Source: Bdellovibrionota bacterium (lineage in GTDB: Bacteria; Bdellovibrionota; UBA1018; CAIPTA01; JAALKR01). From it: a stretch of DNA of 64,000 bases. The DNA is taken from positions 1,216,001-1,280,000 of the forward strand of contig CBDBMJ010000001.1 in assembly GCA_965207455.1 (NCBI GenBank), given 5' to 3'. The position numbers were made by a program, and so were the translations under genes. The notes below the pieces were generated by a model, which did not search any database, was not told the DNA's origin, and worked only from the letters and a program-made list of their open reading frames with translations. Below are positions 30,207 to 39,314 of this stretch, piece after piece (position 1 is the first letter of the stretch; each line of letters begins with the position of its first letter).

Positions 30207-31830
30207 CTTCTTGCTGTTGAATTTGTAGGGGGAGAATGGAAAGGGGTGGAAGGGTGCCTTCATACGTGCCGTTATTATGGGACAGAGACAAACCCAATAC
30301 CTCTAAGTTTTCCTTAGAAAATCGGAACTCCATATCTTGATCTTCTTTGGCTGGGTTAAATAGAAAAAGTGTTCTCTTATTCTTCTTCCTATCCCAAGAC
30401 ATGGTAATAGAGTGAACTTTGGAGCGATCCACCTCACACCATTGCTCCACATTGGCAATGGATAGTAGACGGTCGCCCAGAGAGTTCATGTCCTCCTTGC
30501 TATCTTCTATTTGGTTGATGACCACAATATTTCCTCCACTGGGAAACATGGCCACTTCATAGTGCCAACCATGGTGAACTTGAAATCTTTCCAAAGAATC
30601 AAAATACCTCTGAGAATAATCAGCAAGGGAAGAACGAAAAATAGTTATGCTAAGAACCCCCTGCCTTGCCATTTTCAATAGATGGAGAAACTCTTTGTGA
30701 TCTAAAGCAAGGGCTTCTTCGATAATCAATAGACGGGCTTGCTGCCATTCCTGTCGGTCAATGTCTGCTAGGTGGGTATGCATTTGTAGAGCAGTGGCAA
30801 CTTTCTTCTGTAATACCTGAGAAATCTGTGCAGGAGCAAATCGGTTTTGCACAATAGAAATCACGGGGCGGTCGTAAGCAAAATCTTCTTGGGAAAGTGC
30901 TTGGATAAGCTCAGAAATGTCTTCTCTTAACTCCATGGGACACGCAAGATAATCCGTTGCTGTTATCCATACGTCGGAAAATAGGGTAATCGCTGTGCGA
31001 ATAAGAAAGGCTTTTTCCTCTGGAGAAACTTCCATCATATCCTCAAACCATACCGCATTGGAATGCACCCGCGCCTGATACATTTTTGCAAACATATCCT
31101 CACAGGGCATTCCCCCTCCACTGATTTCGTCCATTAGTCGATCTAGGGACACTCCTCGCATGAAAAAGCGATTATGGGAAATTTTCACCTCAGACCTGTT
31201 TCCAAAATGGTTTTCTAGGAAATCCAAGGCGCGCATACGAAAAATATACTCAGACTTGGCTGGCTTCCAATTGCGAACACTCTCCAGCTCAGATTGAAAA
31301 TACCGGGAGGAAAAATCTCCATGATCTTTTGGGTCAAAACCTAAATTAGAATAGTGTTTAAAAAAACTGTCACCCACCACAAACTCTATACGCGCATGAA
31401 TATCTTCATCCAATGCCTCTTCCACCTCCTGACACAAACGAAACAGAAAATGCCCGTATCGTTGAAACACAGGAGGAGCTACCAAGTTCACTAAAGGGAA
31501 AATATTTGGTGGTGCACAGGCATAGATGGGTTGCCCTGTGCAATCCTGAGCAATATGTTCATTTTTGCTTAAAAGGTCCGTGGGCACACCTCCATTCGGG
31601 TATTGAATGCCCACCTCTGGACTCACTCCGAGACGAATCGTCAACCCGAACCGAGTGGCTTGCTTTAAAAATACTTGTAGTAATTTATACCGATCTTTTT
31701 CCAAATGAGCCCAAGGCACCCAAGCCCCAACAAAACGACCGCCAGAGTTTTTTATGGCCTGTAGCAGGGGAGGGATTTTATGGGCATCCAAGTCCCAATA
31801 GCAAATCACTGGTGTTAATTTTAAGTCCAT
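30181..31830 (-). CDS. Divergent glycoside-hydrolase-like (GH35/GH42 beta-galactosidase-like) protein
   Basis: N-terminal VPWAHLE…FLKQA…GL.IRL…P…NGGVP resembles the GH35 N-terminus. Confidence 0.45.
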   Translation of the reverse strand: MDLKLTPVICYWDLDAHKIPPLLQAIKNSGGRFVGAWVPWAHLEKDRYKLLQVFLKQATRFGLTIRLGVSPEVGIQYPNGGVPTDLLSKNEHIAQDCTGQPIYACAPPNIFPLVNLVAPPVFQRYGHFLFRLCQEVEEALDEDIHARIEFVVGDSFFKHYSNLGFDPKDHGDFSSRYFQSELESVRNWKPAKSEYIFRMRALDFLENHFGNRSEVKISHNRFFMRGVSLDRLMDEISGGGMPCEDMFAKMYQARVHSNAVWFEDMMEVSPEEKAFLIRTAITLFSDVWITATDYLACPMELREDISELIQALSQEDFAYDRPVISIVQNRFAPAQISQVLQKKVATALQMHTHLADIDRQEWQQARLLIIEEALALDHKEFLHLLKMARQGVLSITIFRSSLADYSQRYFDSLERFQVHHGWHYEVAMFPSGGNIVVINQIEDSKEDMNSLGDRLLSIANVEQWCEVDRSKVHSITMSWDRKKNKRTLFLFNPAKEDQDMEFRFSKENLEVLGLSLSHNNGTYEGTLPPLSILPLQIQQQEDEHHGSAT

Positions 31831-31910
31831 ACCTCTTCCATGGTAGCATTATGGAGTGTTAAATGGAAAATCCTTGTTTTTTCTAAATGTATCCATCTAT
31901 AAGTAAAGTT

Positions 31911-33074
31911 ATGTGGTTTTTTAGTGAAGAGCAAAAAATACTCCAAAAATCTCTGCGCACCTTCAGCAATGATGCCTTGCGCCCATTTGCAGCAGCTGCA
32001 GATGAAAAAGAACAAATGCCTGAGGGTCACTTTCAAAAGCTGGCAAACATGGGGCTGCTGGGAATCACTGCTCCAGAAGAATTCGGTGGTGCAGGAATGG
32101 ACTGTGTGTCTGCCACCATTGCCATGGAGGAAATATCGAACGCCTGTGCATCTACGGCCCTATCCTATCTCGCCCATAGTATTCTTTGTGTTCACAATCT
32201 GGTCATCAATGGAAGCCAAGAGCAGAAAGAGAAATACCTGCCCGACTTAATCAGCGGAAAAAAAATAGGGGGAGTGGCTATTTCAGAACCCAATAGTGGT
32301 ACCGACGCACTTTCCATTGCCACCAGCGCCGTAAAAAAAGGAAATCTCTATCTCCTAAACGGCACAAAGATGTTTATCACCAATGCTCCACAGGGCCACG
32401 TTTTCTATACCTACGCCCGGACAGGACCAGAAAGAAAAGACCTCAGCACCTTTATTGTGGAGAAAGATTTCCCTGGGTTTCGTAGAGGAAAAAAGTTATC
32501 AAAAATGGGAATGCGTGGTTCTCCCACAGGAGAGCTTATCTTTGAAAACTGTGAGGTGCCTGAGGAAAATCTTGTGAATAAAGAGAATACATCAGTACGC
32601 CACATGATGAAAAATTTGGATATAGAAAGAATTACTATTGCGGGAATTTCTTTGGGCATTGGTAGAGCTGCGCTGGACGTAGCGATTGCATACTCTCGTG
32701 AGCGACAGCAATTTAACCAACCCATTGGGAACTTTCAGATGATTCAAAAAATGCTGGCCGACGGGGATGCAGAAATGGCAGCTGCCCGTGCCCTCGTCTA
32801 CGATGTGGGCAAGCAGTACGATATCGCTGTAAGCGAAGGCAAGCTTTTAGGAAAAGCTCAGTCCCACTTAGCTGCCCGGGCAAAGTTAATTGCGGCGCAA
32901 ACAGCAACGAAAGTTTCTCTCGACGCTATACAGGTACTTGGAGGGTACGGCTATATGAGAGAATTCCCTGTAGAGCGCTATATGAGAGACGCAAAATTAG
33001 TAGAAATTGGTGCAGGAACAAACGAGGCCATGCGTATGATCATTGCCCGTGAATATCTCAATACAAACAAATAG
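31911..33074 (+). CDS. Acyl-CoA dehydrogenase (isovaleryl-CoA DH-like)
   Basis: SEPNSGTD, LNGTKMFITN, KMGMRGSPTGEL and RDAKLVEIGAGTNE motifs. Confidence 0.93.
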   Translation: MWFFSEEQKILQKSLRTFSNDALRPFAAAADEKEQMPEGHFQKLANMGLLGITAPEEFGGAGMDCVSATIAMEEISNACASTALSYLAHSILCVHNLVINGSQEQKEKYLPDLISGKKIGGVAISEPNSGTDALSIATSAVKKGNLYLLNGTKMFITNAPQGHVFYTYARTGPERKDLSTFIVEKDFPGFRRGKKLSKMGMRGSPTGELIFENCEVPEENLVNKENTSVRHMMKNLDIERITIAGISLGIGRAALDVAIAYSRERQQFNQPIGNFQMIQKMLADGDAEMAAARALVYDVGKQYDIAVSEGKLLGKAQSHLAARAKLIAAQTATKVSLDAIQVLGGYGYMREFPVERYMRDAKLVEIGAGTNEAMRMIIAREYLNTNK

Positions 33075-33085
33075 ATAAATAAAAT

Positions 33086-34405
33086 ATGGATATACATATA
33101 GATGGGAAAACGACAAAGCAAAGAGACTCACAGAGTCAGGATTCCTTGAATCTAGATTCCCTTGCGACGAAGCAATACAAAGCATGGGTCGATCCTCAAA
33201 ATGATCGGGAAAAAAATTACGGGTTTCGCAGTGTCTTAGATGAGCAATCGCCAGAGTGTACCGACCTAGGGGAATTGAAAAAAATCGTACAAGCACGACA
33301 ACAAGGAAGCACACAAAAACCCTTTAAATCTTTTGTTGTACTCGGCATAGGTGGCTCAAGTCTGGGAGCGGAGACTCTTATTCGTGGTCTATGTTCTGTG
33401 AATCACCCCGTACAATTCTTTTTTATGGATAATGGCGACCCCGCTTGGTTAGCCGACCACCTACAGCACTGGAACATGGAAACTACTCTTTTCTATGTGG
33501 TTTCGAAAAGTGGAACCACCCTAGAAACCTGGTCTCAGTTTCTTACTGTGATGGATCACCTAAAAGCACAGCTTCCAGCACAGCTTCCCAAAGACAGCAA
33601 CAACTGGCAAAAGCATTTTGTATTCTGTTCAGGTCCTCAAAAAGGAGCTCTCCGTAGCTTTGCCAACAAAGAAGCAATTCCTTGTTTTACAATTCCAGCC
33701 TCCATTGGAGGGAGATTTTCCGTCTTTACACCCGCAGGTCTATTCCCTGCCCTATTTGCTGGGCTCAATTGCGAAGAAATTCTCTTGGGCGCAAAAGAAT
33801 TGCTTGCATGGGAATCCTTAGACACAAATCCTGCGCTTGAGGTTGCAAAAATATTTTTTCAAGAACAAGCACGCAATACTTTTGTTTGCTTTTCTTACAG
33901 CTCTTACTTTCAGTCCTTTGGGCGTTGGCTTTCCCAGCTATGGGCAGAGAGTTTGGGAAAAGATGGCAAAGGCTTTACTCCCTACTCAGCCATTGGCACC
34001 ACTGATCAGCACTCACAGATGCAGCTTTATATGGACGGGCCCAAGGATAAAATATTTGCTTTCATACACATAAAGAATCACAACGTATGCTTGCCTGTTG
34101 TAAGCAAAAAGAATGAAAAAAAATTAGAGGCTGTGGAGGTGCTCCAAGGTCATTCTGTGGAAACTTTGTTTGGAGCCAGTTTTTTGGCCAATCAAAAGGC
34201 TATTTCCTCCCAAGGAATTCCCAACTTTACAATCACCCTGGACAGGTTAGATGAAAAAAACATGGGCGCTTTGCTGTATTTTTGGCAATGGGTGACTGTA
34301 TACACAGCAGCTCTCCTTGAAGTGAACCCATTTGATCAGCCTGGAGTAGAAAAAAGTAAAGTACTGTTGAGGGAGTATTTATCCAACAAGAAAACACGAA
34401 CCTAA
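33086..34405 (+). CDS. pgi: Glucose-6-phosphate isomerase
   Basis: GIGGSSLG, SKSGTT.ET, GGRFSV, QLWAESLGK and PFDQPGVE motifs. Confidence 0.93.
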   Translation: MDIHIDGKTTKQRDSQSQDSLNLDSLATKQYKAWVDPQNDREKNYGFRSVLDEQSPECTDLGELKKIVQARQQGSTQKPFKSFVVLGIGGSSLGAETLIRGLCSVNHPVQFFFMDNGDPAWLADHLQHWNMETTLFYVVSKSGTTLETWSQFLTVMDHLKAQLPAQLPKDSNNWQKHFVFCSGPQKGALRSFANKEAIPCFTIPASIGGRFSVFTPAGLFPALFAGLNCEEILLGAKELLAWESLDTNPALEVAKIFFQEQARNTFVCFSYSSYFQSFGRWLSQLWAESLGKDGKGFTPYSAIGTTDQHSQMQLYMDGPKDKIFAFIHIKNHNVCLPVVSKKNEKKLEAVEVLQGHSVETLFGASFLANQKAISSQGIPNFTITLDRLDEKNMGALLYFWQWVTVYTAALLEVNPFDQPGVEKSKVLLREYLSNKKTRT

Positions 34406-35598
34406 TCGCTGGTTACCTGCGCTCCCAATTCTCCCTTTGCTAACCGTAAGCGAATATCCTCTCCCCTTTGCACTTGAGACGAGTCCATCACCACGCTGCC
34501 ATCTTTTTTCAATACTAGGGAATAGCCTCGACTGAGCACTCTTAAGGGAGATAGATCTCCTAATCTTGCCTCTATCTCTTTTACTTGCTTACTCTTACGC
34601 TGTATCTCGTGGAGAAAACTCACTTGAAGGCGTTCCATCCAGTCATCGAAAAGTTGGCGTAGTTCATGGACTCGATCCTTGGGGTTTTTCAGTCGTGAGA
34701 TATGGGTGTCCAATTCCATTTGCCAGTGCTTAAGAATAAGGGTTGCGTGATGGACTAGTCGCTGGTTGAGATCGTCGAGTTCCTCCAAAAGTCGGACGCG
34801 TTCCTTTACAAGAATTTCTGCTGCTGTGGATGGTGTGGGTGCACGCTTGTCTGCCACAAAATCCGCAATGGTGAAATCCACCTCGTGACCCACGGCAGAT
34901 ACCACAGGAATGTCCGAGGCCACAATTGCACGAGCTAATTTTTCTGAATTGAAGCACCACAGATCTTCCAAGCTTCCTCCGCCACGGGTTAACAGAATAA
35001 CATCTCCTAGTTTATGCTTATTTGCAATTCCTATAGCTTCTACCAGTTGTTTTTCAGCACTCTCGCCCTGTACCAGGGAAGGAATAATCATAACCTCCAC
35101 ACCTGAGTGCCTGCGCTTTAAAACAGCCAGCACGTCTCGTATTGCTGCTCCCGTTGGGCTGGTGATCACTACCAGCTTTTCCAAATACTCTGGCAGTGGT
35201 CGCTTTCTCTCCTCTGCAAACAAACCCTCTGCTTGCAGCTTTTTTTTTAAATTTTCAAACTGTATCTGTAGGTTGCCTTCGCCCACAGGCTCTATGCTTT
35301 TAGCAATAATTTGATAGGAACCTCTGGGAGCGTATACGGAAACTCGTCCATGACAGATCACTTCTAAGCCATTTTTCATTTTCAACGATGGATGGGTTCC
35401 TCGTCCCAAGCTCCCTTTAAATAAAACAACAGCAATGGATGCTTCCCCATCTTTTAAGGAAAAATAAATATGACCACTGGCTGCTGGATGAAAATTGGAA
35501 ATCTCCCCTTGCACAGAAACAGTGCTTAGGGAACCTTCCAAAATATCTTTTATTTGGTCGGTAAGGTCTGAGACCGTATATATGGTTTCCACATCCAT
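34402..35598 (-). CDS. xseA: Exodeoxyribonuclease VII large subunit
   Basis: GEISN, SGHIYFSLKD, RGGGSLEDLWCFN and SAVGHEVD motifs. Confidence 0.96.
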   Translation of the reverse strand: MDVETIYTVSDLTDQIKDILEGSLSTVSVQGEISNFHPAASGHIYFSLKDGEASIAVVLFKGSLGRGTHPSLKMKNGLEVICHGRVSVYAPRGSYQIIAKSIEPVGEGNLQIQFENLKKKLQAEGLFAEERKRPLPEYLEKLVVITSPTGAAIRDVLAVLKRRHSGVEVMIIPSLVQGESAEKQLVEAIGIANKHKLGDVILLTRGGGSLEDLWCFNSEKLARAIVASDIPVVSAVGHEVDFTIADFVADKRAPTPSTAAEILVKERVRLLEELDDLNQRLVHHATLILKHWQMELDTHISRLKNPKDRVHELRQLFDDWMERLQVSFLHEIQRKSKQVKEIEARLGDLSPLRVLSRGYSLVLKKDGSVVMDSSQVQRGEDIRLRLAKGELGAQVTSD

Positions 35599-35653
35599 AA
35601 TTTTGTCTATCTTAACCAGTTCCTAAAGGCAATGTCAACCGTTTCCCTTCTTT

Positions 35654-36571
35654 TCATTTATACAGATCATGGAGAGCATCTTCTAGGCTTGTAAATATAA
35701 ATTTGTATTCATGTAAACGTAATTTTTCAGGCAACACTTTTTGACTCATTACGATCATTTCAGCCATTTCACCCAAAACAATTCTTAATGCAAATTTCGG
35801 TGCAGGAAGGCTAGCTCTCACGTTTAAAACACGTGCTAAAATTTTTGTAAACTCTCGGTTTCTCACAGGATTGGGAGCAACCACGTTTATGGGACCCTCT
35901 AGATCAGTATGGGACAAAACTGCATGAATAACACCAATAGCATCGTCAATATGAACCCAACTCATCCATTGAAGACCGTTAGAAAGTGGACCACCTATTC
36001 CTCGTTTAAATATGGGCACCATTTTCTCAAGGGCACCACCTTGATTGGAAAGCACAAGACCCAGCCGAAGTTGAATGGATCGACAATAAACTTTTTTTGC
36101 CTCTCTCTCCCAATCCTTACAAAGCTTTGCTAAAAAATCATCACCAGGATCAGACTCCTCTGTAAACGCCTCTCCTTCCCCATAAATTCCTATGGCTGAG
36201 GCACAGATAAACACTCGAATGGACCGGGCACTACGATTAATCGCTGTCACTAAATTTCTAGTAACCTCTATTCGAGAACTATAAAATTCTTTTTTTGCTT
36301 TTTTTGTCCATCGTCTACCTGCCAAGGATTCACCCATCAAGTGAATAACGGCATCCACGTTGAGAGCTTCTCGAAGCTGCGCCTCTTGAGACTCAGTCTC
36401 TTTTTTGGTGGACCATTGGTGGTATTCACAGGGAAGGGAAAAATTTTCACGGAACTCTGCCTGTGTTTTTCTTCCCAGAACCACAAGGCTCCAGCCATTA
36501 TCTAGCAGATTTTGGCATAGGCGTTGCCCGATACAACCACTAGCTCCTGTTACTAGTATTCTTTTTTCCAT
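35654..36571 (-). CDS. TIGR01777-family NAD-dependent epimerase-like protein
   Basis: VTGASGCIG, ASAIGIYG and QWMSWVHIDD motifs. Confidence 0.9.
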   Translation of the reverse strand: MEKRILVTGASGCIGQRLCQNLLDNGWSLVVLGRKTQAEFRENFSLPCEYHQWSTKKETESQEAQLREALNVDAVIHLMGESLAGRRWTKKAKKEFYSSRIEVTRNLVTAINRSARSIRVFICASAIGIYGEGEAFTEESDPGDDFLAKLCKDWEREAKKVYCRSIQLRLGLVLSNQGGALEKMVPIFKRGIGGPLSNGLQWMSWVHIDDAIGVIHAVLSHTDLEGPINVVAPNPVRNREFTKILARVLNVRASLPAPKFALRIVLGEMAEMIVMSQKVLPEKLRLHEYKFIFTSLEDALHDLYK

Positions 36572-36818
36572 GCTGTTGGATATCTCTTAAAAATTTTCAT
36601 TACTATTTTTTAAAATCTTAAAACGAGTTTCTATAACTGTACTCCATCTTTCTTACTAAAAGGAAGTTATTATAAGGTCCAGTCGTCCAGTACTAGAAAA
36701 TTTAGATTTAAAGCTCCACAAATGGAGCACACGGTAGCGGAAGCTAGCCATTCAAGTGTCCTCTGCTATTATTGAATAATACTCGACAATGGGTCACGAT
36801 TGACTCATAATAATCTAC

Positions 36819-37256
36819 ATGGACCACACAATAAATCTTTTTAGCAACTCTATACAAATAAAGAAATATAAACTAACTCTTCTCTTCATACATATCGCCG
36901 TAGGTATTTGTTTTGGAGCCATCTCCTATTACAATCCAGATACATCACTCTATAAAGTTCTGAATATTTCAATCCTTGTCCTTACCTTTCCACTGGGAAT
37001 TGTCTGGTACTTCTCTCTGGGCATACTATCTTACATGATACTGGGCCAACCTCCTTATGATATTAATTTTCTTTATTATTATGAGCCATTCAAATTTATG
37101 GGATTACTCACCGTTAGTTATCTACAATGGAGCTACTATTTCCCCAAGCTATATAAAAGTTCTATTATGAAAGGATTCACTCTTTCCATAACGAAAGTTG
37201 CTTTTGCTATTATCCTTGGTCTGATTCTTATATTTGTTATATTTACGGTCTTCTAA
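36819..37256 (+). CDS. Hypothetical membrane protein
   Basis: About four hydrophobic segments. Confidence 0.5.
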   Translation: MDHTINLFSNSIQIKKYKLTLLFIHIAVGICFGAISYYNPDTSLYKVLNISILVLTFPLGIVWYFSLGILSYMILGQPPYDINFLYYYEPFKFMGLLTVSYLQWSYYFPKLYKSSIMKGFTLSITKVAFAIILGLILIFVIFTVF

Positions 37257-37604
37257 ATAGTACAAAAATGGTCTTACTTACAGGATCTCCCGAAAAGACT
37301 GTTCACGCTTTCAAAACAAATGACCATTTTTGGGATAAATTAAGGGAGATGAAGCCCAAGTTATTAAGAAACATATTGGGTTGTCGAGTTAAATTCCTTT
37401 CTTTAACTACTGGCACCATGTAGGTTTGCTTTTCACTGTATTTTTTATGCCTCAACTCGAACCATTAGAAAGGTCGACAAAACTGATCTCTCGCATTGCT
37501 ATGCGTTACTATATTGTGATAAATATGAGAATGAAAAAACAATAATCCAATCATGGAGCCAACCTCGCTTGGAGTATCATTTGAGGTGTGCTAAGGTAAA
37601 CAAA

Positions 37605-38111
37605 ATGATGAGAATCCTTATAGTAAGTCTAGTTTTCGTTTTTAGTTCATTAGCCCAGGCAGCTAGCGGCACCTATGTTGTTCCTACCTCTTGTCCTGCA
37701 CTGGATCCATACGCTAGTTTTCCTATTTCCCAAGTGGACGTTTCTCAAGATGAAAACAGTGTAAGCATTACTTATGCTCTTCCGGTAGAACTTACTGGTA
37801 TTGAGCTTCCTGCCATTACATTTAGTGGCACCATTGAGTCCTCAAAAAATCTTGTCCTTAGTAACCCCAACTACGACGCTAGTATTCTCTGCGACACCCC
37901 TATGATTGAGCTTACCAGCAAGTGTGATGTGACATACGGTGATACTTACAAAGATTTTCTAGCCTCTAAAGATAAAGATATCGAGGAAGCAATGGAGCGC
38001 TTAATTGATGACCCACAGCTTTTAAAAATTAGAAAAGCTATCTGGGAGAGTTTTAGTGGCGACCCAATTGGCGTTCTACATTTTGACAACTTAAAAAAAG
38101 AGTCTCAGTAG
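37605..38111 (+). CDS. Hypothetical secreted protein
   Basis: Signal peptide MMRILIVSLVFVFSSLAQA. Confidence 0.65.
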   Translation: MMRILIVSLVFVFSSLAQAASGTYVVPTSCPALDPYASFPISQVDVSQDENSVSITYALPVELTGIELPAITFSGTIESSKNLVLSNPNYDASILCDTPMIELTSKCDVTYGDTYKDFLASKDKDIEEAMERLIDDPQLLKIRKAIWESFSGDPIGVLHFDNLKKESQ

Positions 38112-38130
38112 CATTAAACTCGAATATAGT
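38064..38130 (+). repeat. 67-bp exact direct repeat, copy 1 (copy 2 at 39265-39331)
   Basis: CCAATTGGCGTTCTACATTTTGACAACTT…CTCGAATATAGT occurs twice. Confidence 0.9.
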
Positions 38131-38179
38131 CTGATTACAGACGCACATTGCCTTTAGGATCTGCTTTAGCGACAGTTTC

Positions 38180-38287
38180 GGAGTTATTGCATAAATACCC
38201 TGCACTACTCATATTTTTGAGTTGAGAGATTTCAGCTTCCCTCAGGTGACAATATAATGAGGTTTCAGGCAATTATGCAACAACCTG
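38180..38287. mobile_element. Possible ~108-bp MITE (IS5/IS903-like ends)
   Basis: Imperfect TIRs GGAGTTATTGCATAAAT and AATTATGCAACAACCTG, flanked by GACAGTTTC and GACAGTTCT. Confidence 0.45.
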
Positions 38288-38292
38288 GACAG

Positions 38293-38399
38293 TTCTCCTA
38301 AATGCATCAAATTGCTTCATTTAAATTAATATAAATAGTCGATTTCCATAATCTACCCAGCGATAAATGTCTTAAGGCAAGAATTTTGCCTGTACCTGT
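38293..38399 (+). repeat. ~105-bp imperfect repeat of the regulator 5' end and divergent promoter (copy 2 at ~41058-41159)
   Basis: Shared TTCTCCTAAATGCATCAAATTGC…ATAAATAGTCGATTT…TACCCAGCGATAAATGT…ATTTTGCC. Confidence 0.85.
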
Positions 38400-38412
38400 A
38401 AAAGGAAAAGAG

Positions 38413-39243
38413 ATGATATCAATAGAACATTCCAAAGCAGAAAATTTAAAAGTAGAACATTCAAAATTTAATTTTGAGCATTCTCCTGAACCTATCATTT
38501 CTAAAATCCAATTTGATAAAAAACATATTTTTGTTGTCCGTGATGATCTATTAGAATCTGGAACAAAACAAAGAGCTGCCATTCCCTACATTTCTTCTCT
38601 AGCTCAAGAGGGATATTCACAGTTTGTATACGCCAGCCCTTTCTCAGGCTTTGCTCAAATTGCTCTAGCTTACGCCTGCTCTATTGTAGGCACAAGATGC
38701 GTTCTATTTTGTGAAAAAAGTACCGACGGTGACTTCCATCTATTTTCTAAAATTTCTGAGTCCTATGGTGCAGAAATATGCTTATGTGAAAATTTATCGG
38801 AAGCTCATGAAAGGTCTATTCAGTTTCTTGATTCTCAATCAGAGGGAAAGCTTATTCCTCTAGGTTTTAATGATCCACTTTTTAAATACTACCTTAAAAA
38901 AAACATTCAAAAACATTGGAAAAACTTAACAGTCTCTTACAAAATAAAAGAACTGTGGCTTCCAATTGGTAGCGGGACATTACTTCAGACATTTAAAGAA
39001 TTTATTGATGAGGATGTGAAGATTTATGGAGTCAATGTAAATATTTTAGAGGAGTCAGATCAAAGAATTTTTGATATCAAATCAAACCCTCGATTCCAAT
39101 ATATCAAGTCCTCTGAATCCTTTCACGATGTTGCAAAAGTAATTCCTCCAATCCCTTCAAATTCCTATTATGATGCAAAACTCTTTTCCCTGCTAAAAGC
39201 TCATGCTAAAAATGGGGCTTTTTGGTGGAATGTAGCAAAGTAA
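38413..39243 (+). CDS. PLP-dependent enzyme (PALP/ACC-deaminase-like fold)
   Basis: VVRDDLL.SGTKQR (PLP Lys), VYASP.SGFAQIALA, IGSGTL, YDAK and WWNV motifs. Confidence 0.7.
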   Translation: MISIEHSKAENLKVEHSKFNFEHSPEPIISKIQFDKKHIFVVRDDLLESGTKQRAAIPYISSLAQEGYSQFVYASPFSGFAQIALAYACSIVGTRCVLFCEKSTDGDFHLFSKISESYGAEICLCENLSEAHERSIQFLDSQSEGKLIPLGFNDPLFKYYLKKNIQKHWKNLTVSYKIKELWLPIGSGTLLQTFKEFIDEDVKIYGVNVNILEESDQRIFDIKSNPRFQYIKSSESFHDVAKVIPPIPSNSYYDAKLFSLLKAHAKNGAFWWNVAK

Positions 39244-39314
39244 AAAACTGAAAGATTGACAAGACCAATTGGCGTTCTACATTTTGACAACTTAAAAAAA
39301 GAGTCTCAGTAGCA

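Noticed and set aside
35621..38159. 15-bp inverted match TCCTAAAGGCAATGT (35621 and 38145) as invertible-segment ends
   Set aside because: Isolated 15-mer matches can arise by chance in 64 kb of AT-rich DNA, and no invertase is adjacent.
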